Assembly: GCF_963921235.1 (NCBI RefSeq)
Contig: NC_086109.1
Span: 38,008,001-38,072,000, forward strand
From: Mobula hypostoma
Lineage: Eukaryota
Reading direction: 5' to 3'
DNA: 64,000 nt
Shown: positions 38,841-51,060 of the stretch, in pieces
Position numbering within the stretch: position 1 is the first letter of the stretch
Layout of the letters: every line of letters starts with the position of its first letter
The notes under the pieces: model-generated
Told to the model about the DNA's origin: nothing
The model's database searches: none
The model's input: only the letters and a program-made list of their open reading frames with translations
Translations under genes and position numbers: made by a program

Positions 38841-39944
38841 GTTGTTTTGCATGCACCATAATTACAATCAGATATCTCCGAGACTTCATCTGTATTTATT
38901 AGCTGTTAAAGAGTCTTGCCAAGCCCAGATGTAGTTAAGGAGAGCCTGTTGATGATAGTACAAGTTGAAAGTTGATAACAAACGGTAGGCTTGCCACCAC
39001 AAAGGCTTCTCAGTTGTGTCTCCATTCTGCAATAGAAACTGACTCTAGTTTTGTTCATCTGCTTGTGAAAGCTCAAGCCAGACTTCTGTTACGTTGAGTC
39101 TTGAACGTTCCAAACATTTCCTCATTTCTTTCCCTCACTCTACCTCTGAAAAAAATCAAGGCCAGCTAGAATGCTCTGGCTTACATTAGATCCTAGAAAA
39201 GGAAGCTATTTAAAGTGTTACATTTAGTTTCCCATAAACTTACTCATTCATGAACTTGCTACTCCCTTTCTGTAGTCGCCTCTAGCCTGAGAACTCTCCG
39301 ATATATCTGTGCTCCCTCAGATCGTGCTTGAATTTAATTGTTTCATCATTGGCAACTAGCTCCTCACCTGGCAGGCCTCTTGCTTCTGGCACTGCAAATC
39401 AAAATGTCACCACTTCCCAGCTACATTTCTTCCTTTCAGGCATTTAATAAAACTACCTATTTATCAGGATTTTGATTATATACTTTTAACTGTGCCAAGG
39501 TTAAGTGTTATTGTGAATTACAACTATATCTACCACCTGTAGCAAATTAATATATCTAATCAGCACACAATCATAATTATGGTGAAACGCCATACTAATA
39601 AAAGACTATAGTGACTCACCCAGGTAGGTATTAGTCCAAGCCTAGTGACTGAGGTCAGAATTAGTCATAAAGTCATACAACACAGAAACAGGCCCTTCAG
39701 TCACCAAGTCCATACTGACAATTAAGGAACTATTTATGTTAAATCTATATTAATTCCATTTTTATTCTCCCCAATGTTCTACCGATCACCTACACATTAA
39801 GGGTGGCAGCTTATCCTGGCAAAATACTTCACCAACCTTAAAGTACTTGGAATATATAAGGATTTGGAGTGCCCAGAGGAAACGCATGGGATCATAGCAT
39901 TAATGTGAAAACACCATTCAGACAGGACCAGAGGGCAGGATTAC

Positions 39945-40615
39945 ATTAGATTAGATTATGAGGACACGCAGTCCTCTTTTATTGTCATTCAGTAATGCAT
40001 GCATTAAGAAATGATACAATGTTCCTCCAGTGCGATATCACAGAAACACAAGACAGACCAAGACTGAAAAACTGACAAAAACCACATACCCAGATAGTTA
40101 CAACAGTGCAAGCAATACCGTAATTTGATAAAAGAACAGACAATGTCTGTAAAAAAAGTCTCAAAGTCTCTCGAAAGTCCCAACATCTCATGCAGACGGT
40201 AGAAGGAAGAAAACTCTCTCTGCCATGAGCTTCCAGCACCGCAAACTTGCCGATGCAGCATCCTAGAAGCACCCGACCACAATCCGACTCCCAGTCCATC
40301 TGAAAACTTCGAGCCTCTGACCAGCCCTCCGACACCAAGCACCGAGCAACATCTCTGCCGAGTGCTTCGACCCCAGCACTGGTTGCCAGCAACAGGCAAA
40401 GCTGAGGATTTGGGGCCTCCCCTCCGGAGATTCTCGATCGCACAGTAGCAGCGGCAGCGAACCGGGCATTTCAGAAGTTCCTCCAGATGTTCCTCTGTGC
40501 TTCTCACGTCCTTCTCCATCAAGTCAGGATTGTGCACGGCCTCTATTTAACAAATATGATATCATTTCACCTGAGAGACTGCGCGCGCTGTGTTGCGCCG
40601 CCATCTTCTCCTCCC
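39945..40615 (-). mobile_element. CpG-rich non-autonomous retroposon inserted in an older SINE
   Basis: Minus strand starts GGAGGAGAAGATGGCGGCGC and ends AATAAAAAG...(TCTAA)n; flanks 39660-39940 and 40620-40680 look like the two halves of a degenerate SINE. Confidence 0.55.
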
Positions 40616-40972
40616 CATAAATTGGACCAGTTCACTAAATCCATGAGGCAGTGTTTTTCCTAGATGCACCATTATGCTTCAGAAAGATAAAGACGTGGAT
40701 TATTGATGACTACATCATGAAGAGTGAGTACCGAACAGAATGTTGACCTTCAGCAGCACGAGAATTCCGCACTTCAGGCCCACATATCTCAGTGTTGGAT
40801 GGACTTGACAAAACTTATAAAATTGGTTATGTCATTTATCAATTTTATAAACTTTTATGAAGTCCACTCTCATCAATATTGTGATAAATGGCCTTGTCAT
40901 TTCATCGATGCTCATTAGAAAAATGTCAACCATGGGTAGCATGACATAGGAGCAGAATCAGGCCATTCATCT

Positions 40973-42655
40973 TAAACACAAAATAATCTGCAGATGCTGT
41001 GATCAAAGCAACACTTTCAGTATGCTGGATGAACCCAGCAGGTTGGGCAGCATCAGTTAGAAAAGATGAGTCGACATTTCGGGCCGGAACCCTTCGTCAG
41101 GACTGAAAAATGAAAGATGCGGAAGGATTTGAAGAATGCCTTAGCATCAGTTGAAAGACCAGTAATTTGAAAGACAAAGGGGTGGGGGAGGGGAAGCATT
41201 GATGTCATAGCCCTGAAAACAATGGGTGGTAGAAGAAGGAGGCGGAACCATGAGGGAGCTGGGGGAGGGGGTAGAGTGAAATAGGGATAGAGGAAAGGAG
41301 GGGAGGGAATTACCAGAAGTTGGAGAATTCTATGTTCATACCAAGGGGCTGGAGACTACCTAGACGGTATATGAGGTGTTGCTCCTCCAACCTGAGTTTA
41401 GCTTCATCATGGCAGTAGAGGAGGCCATGTATGGAGATATCTGAATGGGAGTGGGAGGCAGAGTTGAAGTGGGTGGCTACCGGGAAATCCTGTCTGTTGT
41501 GGCGGACAGAGTGGAGGTGCTTAATGAAGTGGTCCCCCAATCTGCGTCGGGTTTCACCGATGTAGAGGAGGCCGCACCGGGAACACCAGATACAATAGAT
41601 GACCCCAACAGTCTCACAAGTGAAGTGTTGACTCACCTGGAAGGACTGTTTGGGGCCCTGAATGGTGGCAAGAGAGGAGGTGTAGGGACAGGTGTAGCAC
41701 TTACGCTTACAGGGATAAGTGCCAGGTTGGAGATCAGTGGGGATGGACGTGCGGATAAGGGAGTCGCTGAGGGACCAATCCCTGCGGAAAGCGGAGAGGG
41801 GTGGAAAGGGAAAGATGTGCTTAGTGGTGGGGTCCTGTTGAAAGTGGTGGAAGTTGCAGAGGATAATGTGCTGGATCCGGAGGCTGGTGGGGTGGTAGGT
41901 AAGGACAAGGGGAACTCTGTCCCTGTTGTGGTTACGGGAGGATGGGGTGAGGGCTGAAGTGTGGGAAATAGAGGAGATGTGGGTGAGGGCATCATTGATG
42001 GCGGTAGAAGGGAAACAACGATCCTTAAAGAAAGAGGACATTTGAGATGTCCTGGAACGGAAAACCTCACCTTGGGAGCAGATGCGGCGGAGACGGAGGA
42101 ACTGGTAATAGGGAATATCATTTTTGCATGTGGTGGGGTGGGAAGAGGTATAGTTGAGGTAGTTGTGAGAGTCAGTGGGTTTGTAGAAGATGTCAGTGGA
42201 CAGTCTGTCTCCAGAGATGGAGACCGAGACATCGAGAAAGGGGAGAGAAGTGTCCGAGATAGACCAAGTGAATTTGAGGGCTGGGTGGAAGTTTGAAGTA
42301 AAGTCGATGAAATTGACGAGCTCAGCATGGGTGCAGGAAGCAGCACCAATGTAGTCGTTAATGTACCGAAGGAAAAGTTGGGAGCAGTACCAGAATAGGT
42401 TTGGAGCACAGACTGTTCCACATAACCAACAAAGAGGCAGGCATAGCTGGGTCCCATGCGGGTTCCCATAGCTACACCCTCAGTATGAAGAAAGTGGGAA
42501 GAGCCAAAAGAGAAGTTATTAAGTGTGAGAACCAGTTCTGCCAACTGGAGGAGGGTAGTGGTGGTGGGAACTGGTGAAGTCTATTATCGAGGAAGGAGCG
42601 GAGGGCTTTGAGGCCTTCTTGATGGGGAATGGAGGTGGGGAATGGATTGGACATC
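40973..42655 (-). mobile_element. Penelope-like element: RT C-terminus, GIY-YIG endonuclease and hammerhead-bearing terminal repeat, 14-bp TSD
   Basis: LVLTLNNFSF..GVAMGTRMGPSYACLFVG (RT); FTCETVGVIYCIWCSRCGLLYIGETRRRLGDHFIKH (GIY-YIG); frameshifts present; TSD CAGGCCATTCATCT at 40959-40972 and 42656-42669. Confidence 0.93.
41069..41104 (-). ncRNA. Minimal type I hammerhead ribozyme motif in PLE terminal repeat
   Basis: Minus strand AGTC-CTGACGA-AGGGTTCCGGCCC-GAAA-T-GTC-GACT. Confidence 0.7.
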
Positions 42656-44751
42656 CAGGCCATTCATCTACTCCATCATGGTTGATTTATTGTCCCTATG
42701 GATCATGCTGCATATCTTGTGTCAAGTGATCCGAGATAGAGAGCTTTGTGTCACTTTCCTTTCAAAAAGCCTTTGGCTACATCTCCCATGAAATTTTTGA
42801 ATACAGTAGAGTCTTCACGAGTCTGTCCAGCAGAGCTCAAAACTTTTTAGTCTTGACAGGAGCAATGCTAGGATGTTCATTTCTGGTGGTAAAAAGGTTC
42901 CATGAGGCTCCAGCTTGTGCCTCAGCATGAAGCCACTGATCAGGTTCCATATGGGGTTGCATTAACTTGCTCATAAATTGTGAGCAGATGATTCCCGAAG
43001 TCATTATCCAACTGAATCTTTCTGCTTGTATTGACTTATCTGGGAGGTGCCTCTTATGCTTGGAACCTGGATGTGTGCTAGAATTGGGAGCAATATTATA
43101 GTAATTAACTTGAGCATCCTGACACAGTGTGGAATGTGAATCGGTTTTTAATATGACTGTCGTGAGACTAACTGATATGTAATATTCTGCCCCATTGCCC
43201 TGTCACTGAATACTGTCAGTAGGAGCCCTGTGATGTTCTGACCTGGAGTTTGATAAGAGCAATATTTGATATGACAGGCACTTTCCAGATCTTTGTAGAA
43301 GGTTAATGAAATGTCCATTTATTTAGATCTGGCTTTGTGGTTCACAATACCCTAGCTTTGCTGTTCAAGTAAACATAGTCATAGTACTACTTTTTTTTTA
43401 GGTGAGTTCTATGTTTGCACAAAACAAAAAAAAACATGTTTTAATTCAGTATATGATCCAGACAGTGGTCATTAGGTATTGGGTAGCATGGGCAATGTTA
43501 TCTGCTTGCATTAATTTCCTTCACTTCACTACACTAGCTGCAATACAGAATGGAGATGTATATATTTTTTAAACTAAGCTGATCAAGTGACATAGGGAAA
43601 AGGTGGGGAGCAGATGATCAAAAATGAAGTAGATGATGGAGCAGGTCTGAAGACATGAATGGCAATTGCTGCTCCTATTTTCTATGCTACATTGTAAAGG
43701 ATGAGACTAGGCTGAAGTCCGAAAGAATACACATGTTGAGAACCCTGTGTGTTGCTCTAATTATTAAAGTGGCTTTAAATTCAGAATGCCAACCATAGAG
43801 CTAAATGCCAAACTTCTCATGATAATCCCATTAAATATTAATGCTTTTGCGCATCAACACAGTGATCTTGTCAACTGGTCATTGGATATCACTTGTTGGA
43901 CATCTGAGTGAAAGTTGAAATGAGCCTCAGATAAATAACAATCACTTTAAATGCAACAACTCTACAATCTGTTTTTATCAATTGTATAGCTCAGCATTAG
44001 TTAATCTTTATCAACATTGTAACAGCGCATTTCTTTGCTATAATGAGAACATGCCTATTTGCAGTAGCTATTTTGATACACTACAAGTGTAGCATAGGAG
44101 AATCAAATTACACATATACTCATCACAGCCCACACTCAAAACTATCCCCCAAATCCCACCCTGGCTGTTCAATAGTACTTCCATCAACAGATTCCCAAAA
44201 TCACCATAATGGAGATTACCTTTCAAGGATGCTTTATCAGTCACATTAAAATTTTGGGTGCAAGAGGATGCAATGTATTCTCCTGCAATGATTCACTTTC
44301 TAACTCCCAATGTCTTTTCACTCTCTTAAGGAATCACTAAGACTTTCATTCCTTGCCTGGATTTTGGCTCCAACATAAGTCAATGAAGTTCAGCACTATT
44401 CAGGATAAAGTGACTCACTTAATTGTCAATCAATGGCACCAAAAGCTCCCTTGAATTTACAAAAAAAAGCTGATCCAGAAAACCATTGTCACTGTGTCAA
44501 ATTCTGGAACTCCGCATCTATCGGCCATAACTTCACCAGACTGATGTCATGCATCAAGAGCTCACTTTCAAAGACTCTACAACTCACATTCTCAGTATTA
44601 TTTATTTATGTAATTGGTTGTTTTCTTTGCATTTTCAGTTTATCTTTTGCACATTTGCTTCTCAGTCTTTGTATGTAGTTCTTCACTGATTCTATTACAT
44701 TTCTTTGTTTTACTGTGAAATATGCAAGAAACTGAATCTCAGGTGACGTAT

Positions 44752-44983
44752 CACACACAAAAGTTGCTGGTGAACACAGCAGTCCAGGCAGCATCTATAG
44801 GAAGAGGTACAGTCGATGTTTCGGGCCCAGACCCTTCATCAGGACTAATGTGTTAGTACTGACAAAGGGTCTCGGCCCAAAACGTCGACTGTACCTCTTC
44901 CTATAGATGCTGCCTGGCCTGCTGCGTTCACCAACATTTTGAGTGTGTTGCTTGAAATTCCAGCATCTGCAGATTTCCTCGTA
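44752..44983. mobile_element. 232-bp miniature fold-back PLE derivative (two inverted hammerhead cassettes), 14-bp TSD
   Basis: TSD CTCAGGTGACGTAT at 44738-44751 and 44984-44997; 44752-44848 is the reverse complement of about 44853-44947; sits in a LINE 3' UTR remnant (about 44560-45035). Confidence 0.9.
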
Positions 44984-45240
44984 CTCAGGTGACGTATACC
45001 TGTTTTGATAATAAATTTACTTCGAACTTTGAGCTTCAAGAAAGCAAGTCACCTTCTCAGTGCAGTTATGGATGAGCCTGTGAAACTTACCTGTGACAGT
45101 CACATCCCATAAACACATAATAATATACAGAATACAGCGACAGAGCAAAATGTACCTAACTTCTAAGATAAAGGTTACAAACCACGTAAATTAACAATAC
45201 AATGATCAATTATTATAAAAATGCATCTAATTTATGTAAC

Positions 45241-46615
45241 ACACATAAAAGTTGCTGGTGAACGCAGCAGGCCAGGCAGCATCTCTAGGAAGAGGTGCAA
45301 TCGATGTTTCAGGCCGAGTCTCTTCGTCAGGACTAACTGAAGGAAGAGTGAGTAAGGGATTTGAAAGTTGGAAGGGGAGGAGGAGATCCAAAATGATAGG
45401 AGAAGACAGGAGGGGGAGGGATGGAGCCAAGAGCTGGACAGGTGATAGGCAAAAGGGATATGAGAGGATCATGGGACAGGAGGTCCGGTAAGAAAGATGG
45501 GGGGGGGTGGACCCAGAGGATGGGCAAGGGGTATATTCAGAGGGACAGAGGGAGAAAAAGGAGAGTGAGAGAAAGAATGTGTGTATAAAAATAAGTAACA
45601 GATGGGGTACGAGGGGGAGGTGGGGCATTAGCGGAAGTTAGAGAAGTCGATGTTCATGCCATCAGGTTGGAGGCTACCCAGACGGAATATAAGGTGTTGT
45701 TCCTCCAACCTGAGTGTGGCTTCATCTTTACAGTAGAGGAGGCCGTGGATAGACATGTCAGAATGGGAATGGGATGTGGAATTAAAATGTGTGGCCACTG
45801 GGAGGACATGCCCTTACACTTCCTCCCTTACCACCATTCAGGGCCCCAAACAGTCCTTCCAGGTGAGGCAACACTTCACCTGTGAGTCGGCTGGGGTGAT
45901 ATACTGCATCCGGTGCTCCCGATGTGGCCTTTTATATATTGGCGAGACCCGACGCAGACTGGGAGACCGCTTTGCTGAACACCTACGCTCTGTCCGCCAG
46001 AGAAAGCAGGATCTCCCAGTGGCCACACATTTTAATTCCACATCCCATTCCCATTCTGACATGTCTATCCACGGCCTCCTCTACTGTAAAGGTGAAGCCA
46101 CACTCAGGTTGGAGGAACAACACCTTATATTCCGTCTGGGTAGCCTCCAACCTGATGGCATGAACATCGACTTCTTTAACTTCAGCTAATGCCCCACCTC
46201 CTCCTCGTACCCCATCTGTTACTTATTTTTATACACACATTCTTTCTCTCACTCTCCTTTTTCTCCCTCTGTCCCTCTGAATATACCCCTTGCCCATCCT
46301 CTGGGTTCCCCCTGCCCTTGCCTTTCTTCCCGGACCTCCTGTCCCATGATCCTCTCATATCCCTTTTGCCTATCACCTGGCCAGCTCCTGGCTCCATCCC
46401 TCCCCCTCCTGTCTTCTCCTATCATTTTGGATCTCCCCCTCCCCCTCCAACTTTCAAATCTCTTACTAACTCTTCTTTCAGTTAGTCCTGACAAAGGGTC
46501 TCGGCCTGAAACGTCGACTGCACCTCTTCCTAGAGATGCTGCCAGGCCTGCTACGTTCACCAGCAACTTTTATGTGTGTTGCTTGAATTTCCAGCATCTG
46601 CAGAATTCCTGTTGT
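45241..46615. mobile_element. Young fold-back Penelope-like insertion (~560-bp inverted arms, GIY-YIG in the spacer), 15-bp TSD
   Basis: TSD TCTAATTTATGTAAC at 45226-45240 and 46616-46630; about 45241-45803 is the reverse complement of about 46013-46578; plus strand encodes TCPYTS..FTCESAGVIYCIRCSRCGLLYIGETRRRLGDRFAEH..RLEEQHLIFRLG. Confidence 0.93.
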
Positions 46616-48379
46616 TCTAATTTATGTAACTATTTTTGCCTTTGTTACTTGTATATCTTCATTGTACATAAAATGGAATGGACAACAGGATATGGCCAGA
46701 CCACTCTGTGCTTCATAATTTAGTTTTCCTGTGTATCATTAGGTAGAACCCTATGTGTAATTTTTCATATGTTACATTTTTGACATGATTTAACACTTTG
46801 TATACCAGGAAGATTTTTATTTAGACAGAAGTTTCCTTATCCCAATGTTAATGCCATGGACGTACTAACTTTTCCTGTTGCATATCCAGCAAAAAGTACA
46901 AAACGTCATTTCCACCACCATTCTACGGCTTCTAGGCCACACATTCTAGTCCCCTGGTGTAAAAGCTTCACTGATAATTAGAGATTAAAATAAACCATTG
47001 AAATTGGTTTAAACTACAAAAATGTTTTAAAAATATATATTTATGAATGCCTTAAAACTACAGTTAAATAATTTGGTGTATAAATGTGCACAAAAATAAA
47101 ATACAAAATTATTGGCTACATATGTTCTTTTATGAAGGTTGAGGATTCCTTTTGAAGATTAATCTTTCACTAATTCTAATAAATGAATGAGTGAATTTTA
47201 AGTGCCCAGGTTTATAGCTGTAATAAAACTTTGGGCCTAGATACAAAGGGTGTCCAACCTCTCTGCTCAGTAAATACTTGAATGACACTGGACTCAATAG
47301 AGCGCCCAGAAGAAGGGTGGGAATTCAGGTGCATCCATATCTTTAGTGCTAAAGATCTGGATGTTACTGGCCTCCCTCACTGTCACCCAGAGACTGCATT
47401 ATATATATTACAGTGTTACTTGCTGTCAGTGCTATCTCTCCAGAATTTCAATTGTCATCTTGCCCATTATGTTTTCTGAGACTGCTCCAGTGTGCTCCTA
47501 TTCAAATGATGTCCTAACTGCTTCTGCCTTCGCCTAACATATGGGCATAACATGTATGTGCAGTACAATTATTCACAAATTGCACAGTGGTTAAAATAAA
47601 CTGTGCCTGGCTAGTAAGAGGTTTAAGTAGTGCTATTAACCTATTAGGAAATAAAACGTTAACTGTCATTTTAATCATTTGAAACATTTTTAAGCAGATT
47701 CACCAGAATTAAAAGTAGACTTTCAAGCATTCTGCAGTCTGGAACACTGAAAAATAAAATTATTTATGTCTAAATTAAATGTTACAAAATCTGCTATAGA
47801 TCAGGGTGGAGGAACAGAAATGATGTTAAACGATATTTTCAAGGTCCATTTTAAGATACAAATTCTCAGCGTGAATTTTGTTTGCATAAACATAATGCTT
47901 TTGTATCTGATCCTCAGTCTTTCACATCAGTCTTGACCTCAATTTGATGTTTCGTTCTTAGTGAAAATGTTACTTATATGTAACACTGCATGATAGGAAA
48001 AGAATGGAGCAACCATTTCTGAAGGAAAGAAAGCTTGAGTTTCTAACATCTGAGAGTGTTGCTCACAGTAATTTGGGATTTGGAGCCCTCTGCTGGGACA
48101 CTTAATAGTCAGTACCCCACTACAATAAATTAGGAGACATAGGATATATCATGTCACCTCTGCCTCATCTTCTCACTTTTTTTGAGGTCTTCTCAATGGA
48201 GAATAAAACACAGTGAGCAAATCAGATTGGCCAAATCATTTCTATAAAACAAACTTCTACATGTTCAATTTTTCTTTTCCAGAATGCCATGTCAGATTGG
48301 TGTGTCCTGCAACTCAGTGACACAATGATACATTTTGTGCATCATATAACATCGCACACGTAATGTCATAAAGTACTTT

Positions 48380-48530
48380 CTGCTTCACAAACAGGAGAAA
48401 ATCTACAGATGCTTTTAGGACCAAGACCCTTCATCAGGTCTTGGTCTCAGACAGAAATGTTGACTGTTTATTCCTTTTCCTAGCTGCTGCCTGACCTGCT
48501 GAATTCCTCCAGTATTTTGTGTGTGTTGCC
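48380..48530. mobile_element. Degenerate PLE-derived cassette, partly inverted
   Basis: CCAAGACCCTTCATCAGG (minus-strand hammerhead core) followed by the plus-strand tail GCTGCCTGACCTGCTGAATTCCTCCAG. Confidence 0.55.
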
Positions 48531-48835
48531 CAGTACTTTCTTTTTTCACCCTGATCAACACGTCTGGAGATTCATCGCAAAAGTGGACAACTGCTTCCTT
48601 GCTGCAACAAGGAATTATGCATCCTTGCAGATACACAATTGTTCTGAAAATGTATCAAATTATATTGTTTTGTTGTAATGTTCATTTGATATGGGTAGCT
48701 GCAACATCAGTGATGGTCCCTCAGGTAATATGACTGCTCCCTTCATTTTTATCAGGTCATTGAAATTGATAAAGAACAAACAAAAGTTCTTTGGAATATA
48801 ATAGTATTTTAATATTTTAGCAATTCTGTGTCTTA

Positions 48836-51060
48836 GAAATATAGAATCATAAAAACATAGAAAATAGGTGCAGGAGTAGGCCGTTCGGCCCTTCGAGTCT
48901 GCACCGCCATTCAGTATGATCATGGCTGATCATCCAACTCAGAACCCTGTACCAGCCTTCCCTCCATACCCCCTGATCCCTTTAGCCACAAGGAATCTAA
49001 CTCCCTCTTAAATATAGGCAACGAACTGGCCTCAACTGTTTCCTGTGGCAGAGAATTCCACAGATTCACCACTCTCTGTGTGAAGAAGTTTTTCCTAATC
49101 TCGGTCCTAAAAGGCTTCCCTTTTATCCTCAAACTGTGACCCCTCGTTCTGGACTTCCCCAACATCGGGAACAATCTTCCTGCATCTAGCCTGTCCAATC
49201 CCTTTAGGACTTTATACATTTCAATCAGATGTCCCCTCAATCTTCTAAATTCCAATGACTATCAGCCTAGTTCATCCAGTCTTTCATCATATGAAAGTCC
49301 TGCCATCCCAGGAATCAATCTGGTGAACCTTCTTTGTACTCCCTCTATGGCAAGGATGTCTTTCCTCAGATTAGGGGACCAAATCTGCACACAATACTCC
49401 AGGTGTGGTCTCAACAAGGCCTTGTACAACTGCAGTAGTACCTCCCTGCTCCTGTACTCGAATCCTCTTGCTATAAATGCCAGCATACCATTCGCCTTTT
49501 TCACCGCCTGCTGTACCTGCATGCCCACTTTCAATGACTGGTGTATAATGACAACCAGGTCTCGTTGCACCTCCCCTTTTCCTAATCGGCCACCATTCAG
49601 ATAATAATCTGTTTTCCTGTTTTTGCCACCAAAGTGGATAACTTCACATGTATCCACATTAAATTGCATCTGCCATGAATTTGTCCACTCACCCAACCTA
49701 TCCAAGTCACTCTGCATCCTCTTAGCATCCTCCTCACAGCTAACACTGCCGCCCAGCTTCGTGTCATCCGCAAACTTGGAGATGCTGCATTTGATTCCCT
49801 CATCCAAGTCATTAATATATATTGTAAACATCTGGGGTCCCAGCACTGAGCCTTGCGGTACCCCACTAGTCACTGCCTGCCATTCTGAAAAGGTCCCGTT
49901 TATTCTCACTCTTTGCTTTCTGTCTGCCAACCAATTCTCTATCCACATCAATACCTTACCCCCAATACCGTGTGCTTTAAGTTTGCACACTAATCTCCTG
50001 TGTGGGACCTTGTCAAAAGCCTTTTGAAAATCCAAATATACCACATCCACTGGTTCTCCCTTATCCACTCTGCTAGTTACATCCTCAAAAAATTCTATGA
50101 GATTCGTCAGACATGATTTTCCTTTCACAAATCCATGCTGACTTTGTCCGATGATTTCACTGCTTTCCAAATGTGCTGTTATCACATCTTTGATAACTGA
50201 CTCTAGCAGTGACCCCAACACCGATGTTAGGCTAACCGGTCTATAATTCCCAGGTTTCTCTCTCCCTCCTTTTTTAAAAAGTGGGGTTACATTAGCCACC
50301 CTCCAATCCTCAGGTACTAGTCCAGAATCTAAAGTGTTTTGAAAAATTATCACTAATGCATCCACTATTTCTTGGGCTACTTCCTTAAGCACTCTGGGAT
50401 GCAGACCATCCGGCCCTGGGGATTTATTTGCCTTTAATCCCTTCAATTTACTTAACACCACTTCCCTACTAACATGTATTTCCCTCAGTTCCTCCATCTC
50501 ACTGGACCCTCTGTCCCCTACTATTTCCGGAATATTATTTATGTCCTCCTTAGTGAAGACAGAACCAAAGTAATTATTCAGTTGGTCTGCCATGTCCTTG
50601 CTCCCCATAATCAATTCACCTGTTTCTTTCTGTAGGAGACCTACATTTGTCTTAACCAATCTTTTTCTTTTCACATATCTATAAAAGCTTTTACAGTCAG
50701 TTTTTATGTTCCCTACCAGTTTTCTCTCATAATCTTTTTTCCCCTTCCTAATTAAGCCCTTTGTCCTCCTCTGCTGAACTCTGAATTTCTCCCAGTCCTC
50801 AGGTGAGCCACTTTTTCTGGCTAATTTGTATGCTTCTTCTTTGGAATTGATACTATCCCTAATTTCTCTTGTCAGCCACGGGTGCACTACCTTCCTTGAT
50901 TTATTCTTTTGCCAAACTGGGATGAACAATTGTTGTAGTTCATCCATGCGATCTTTAAATGCTTGCCATTGCATATCCACTGTCAACCCTTTAAGTGTCA
51001 TTTGCCAGTCTATCTTAGCTAATTCATGTCTCATACCTTCAAAGGTACCCTTCTTTAAGT
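48836..51060 (-). mobile_element. Young 5'-truncated CR1 LINE with nearly intact ORF2 reverse transcriptase
   Basis: 609-aa ORF 49262-51091 (SPGPDGLHP, YRPVSLTS, YLDFQKAFDKVPH, SGVPQGSVLGP, KFADDTKL) continues in the same frame to 48920 after adjacent TGA TAG stops; tail TTTCTATG-like. Confidence 0.95.

Noticed and set aside
39985..40537. 152-aa and 177-aa ORFs
   Set aside because: They lie within a GC-rich retroposon, start at non-ATG codons and show no recognisable motifs.
41445..42296. Plus-strand Gly/Val-rich ORFs
   Set aside because: Antisense shadows of the Penelope ORF.
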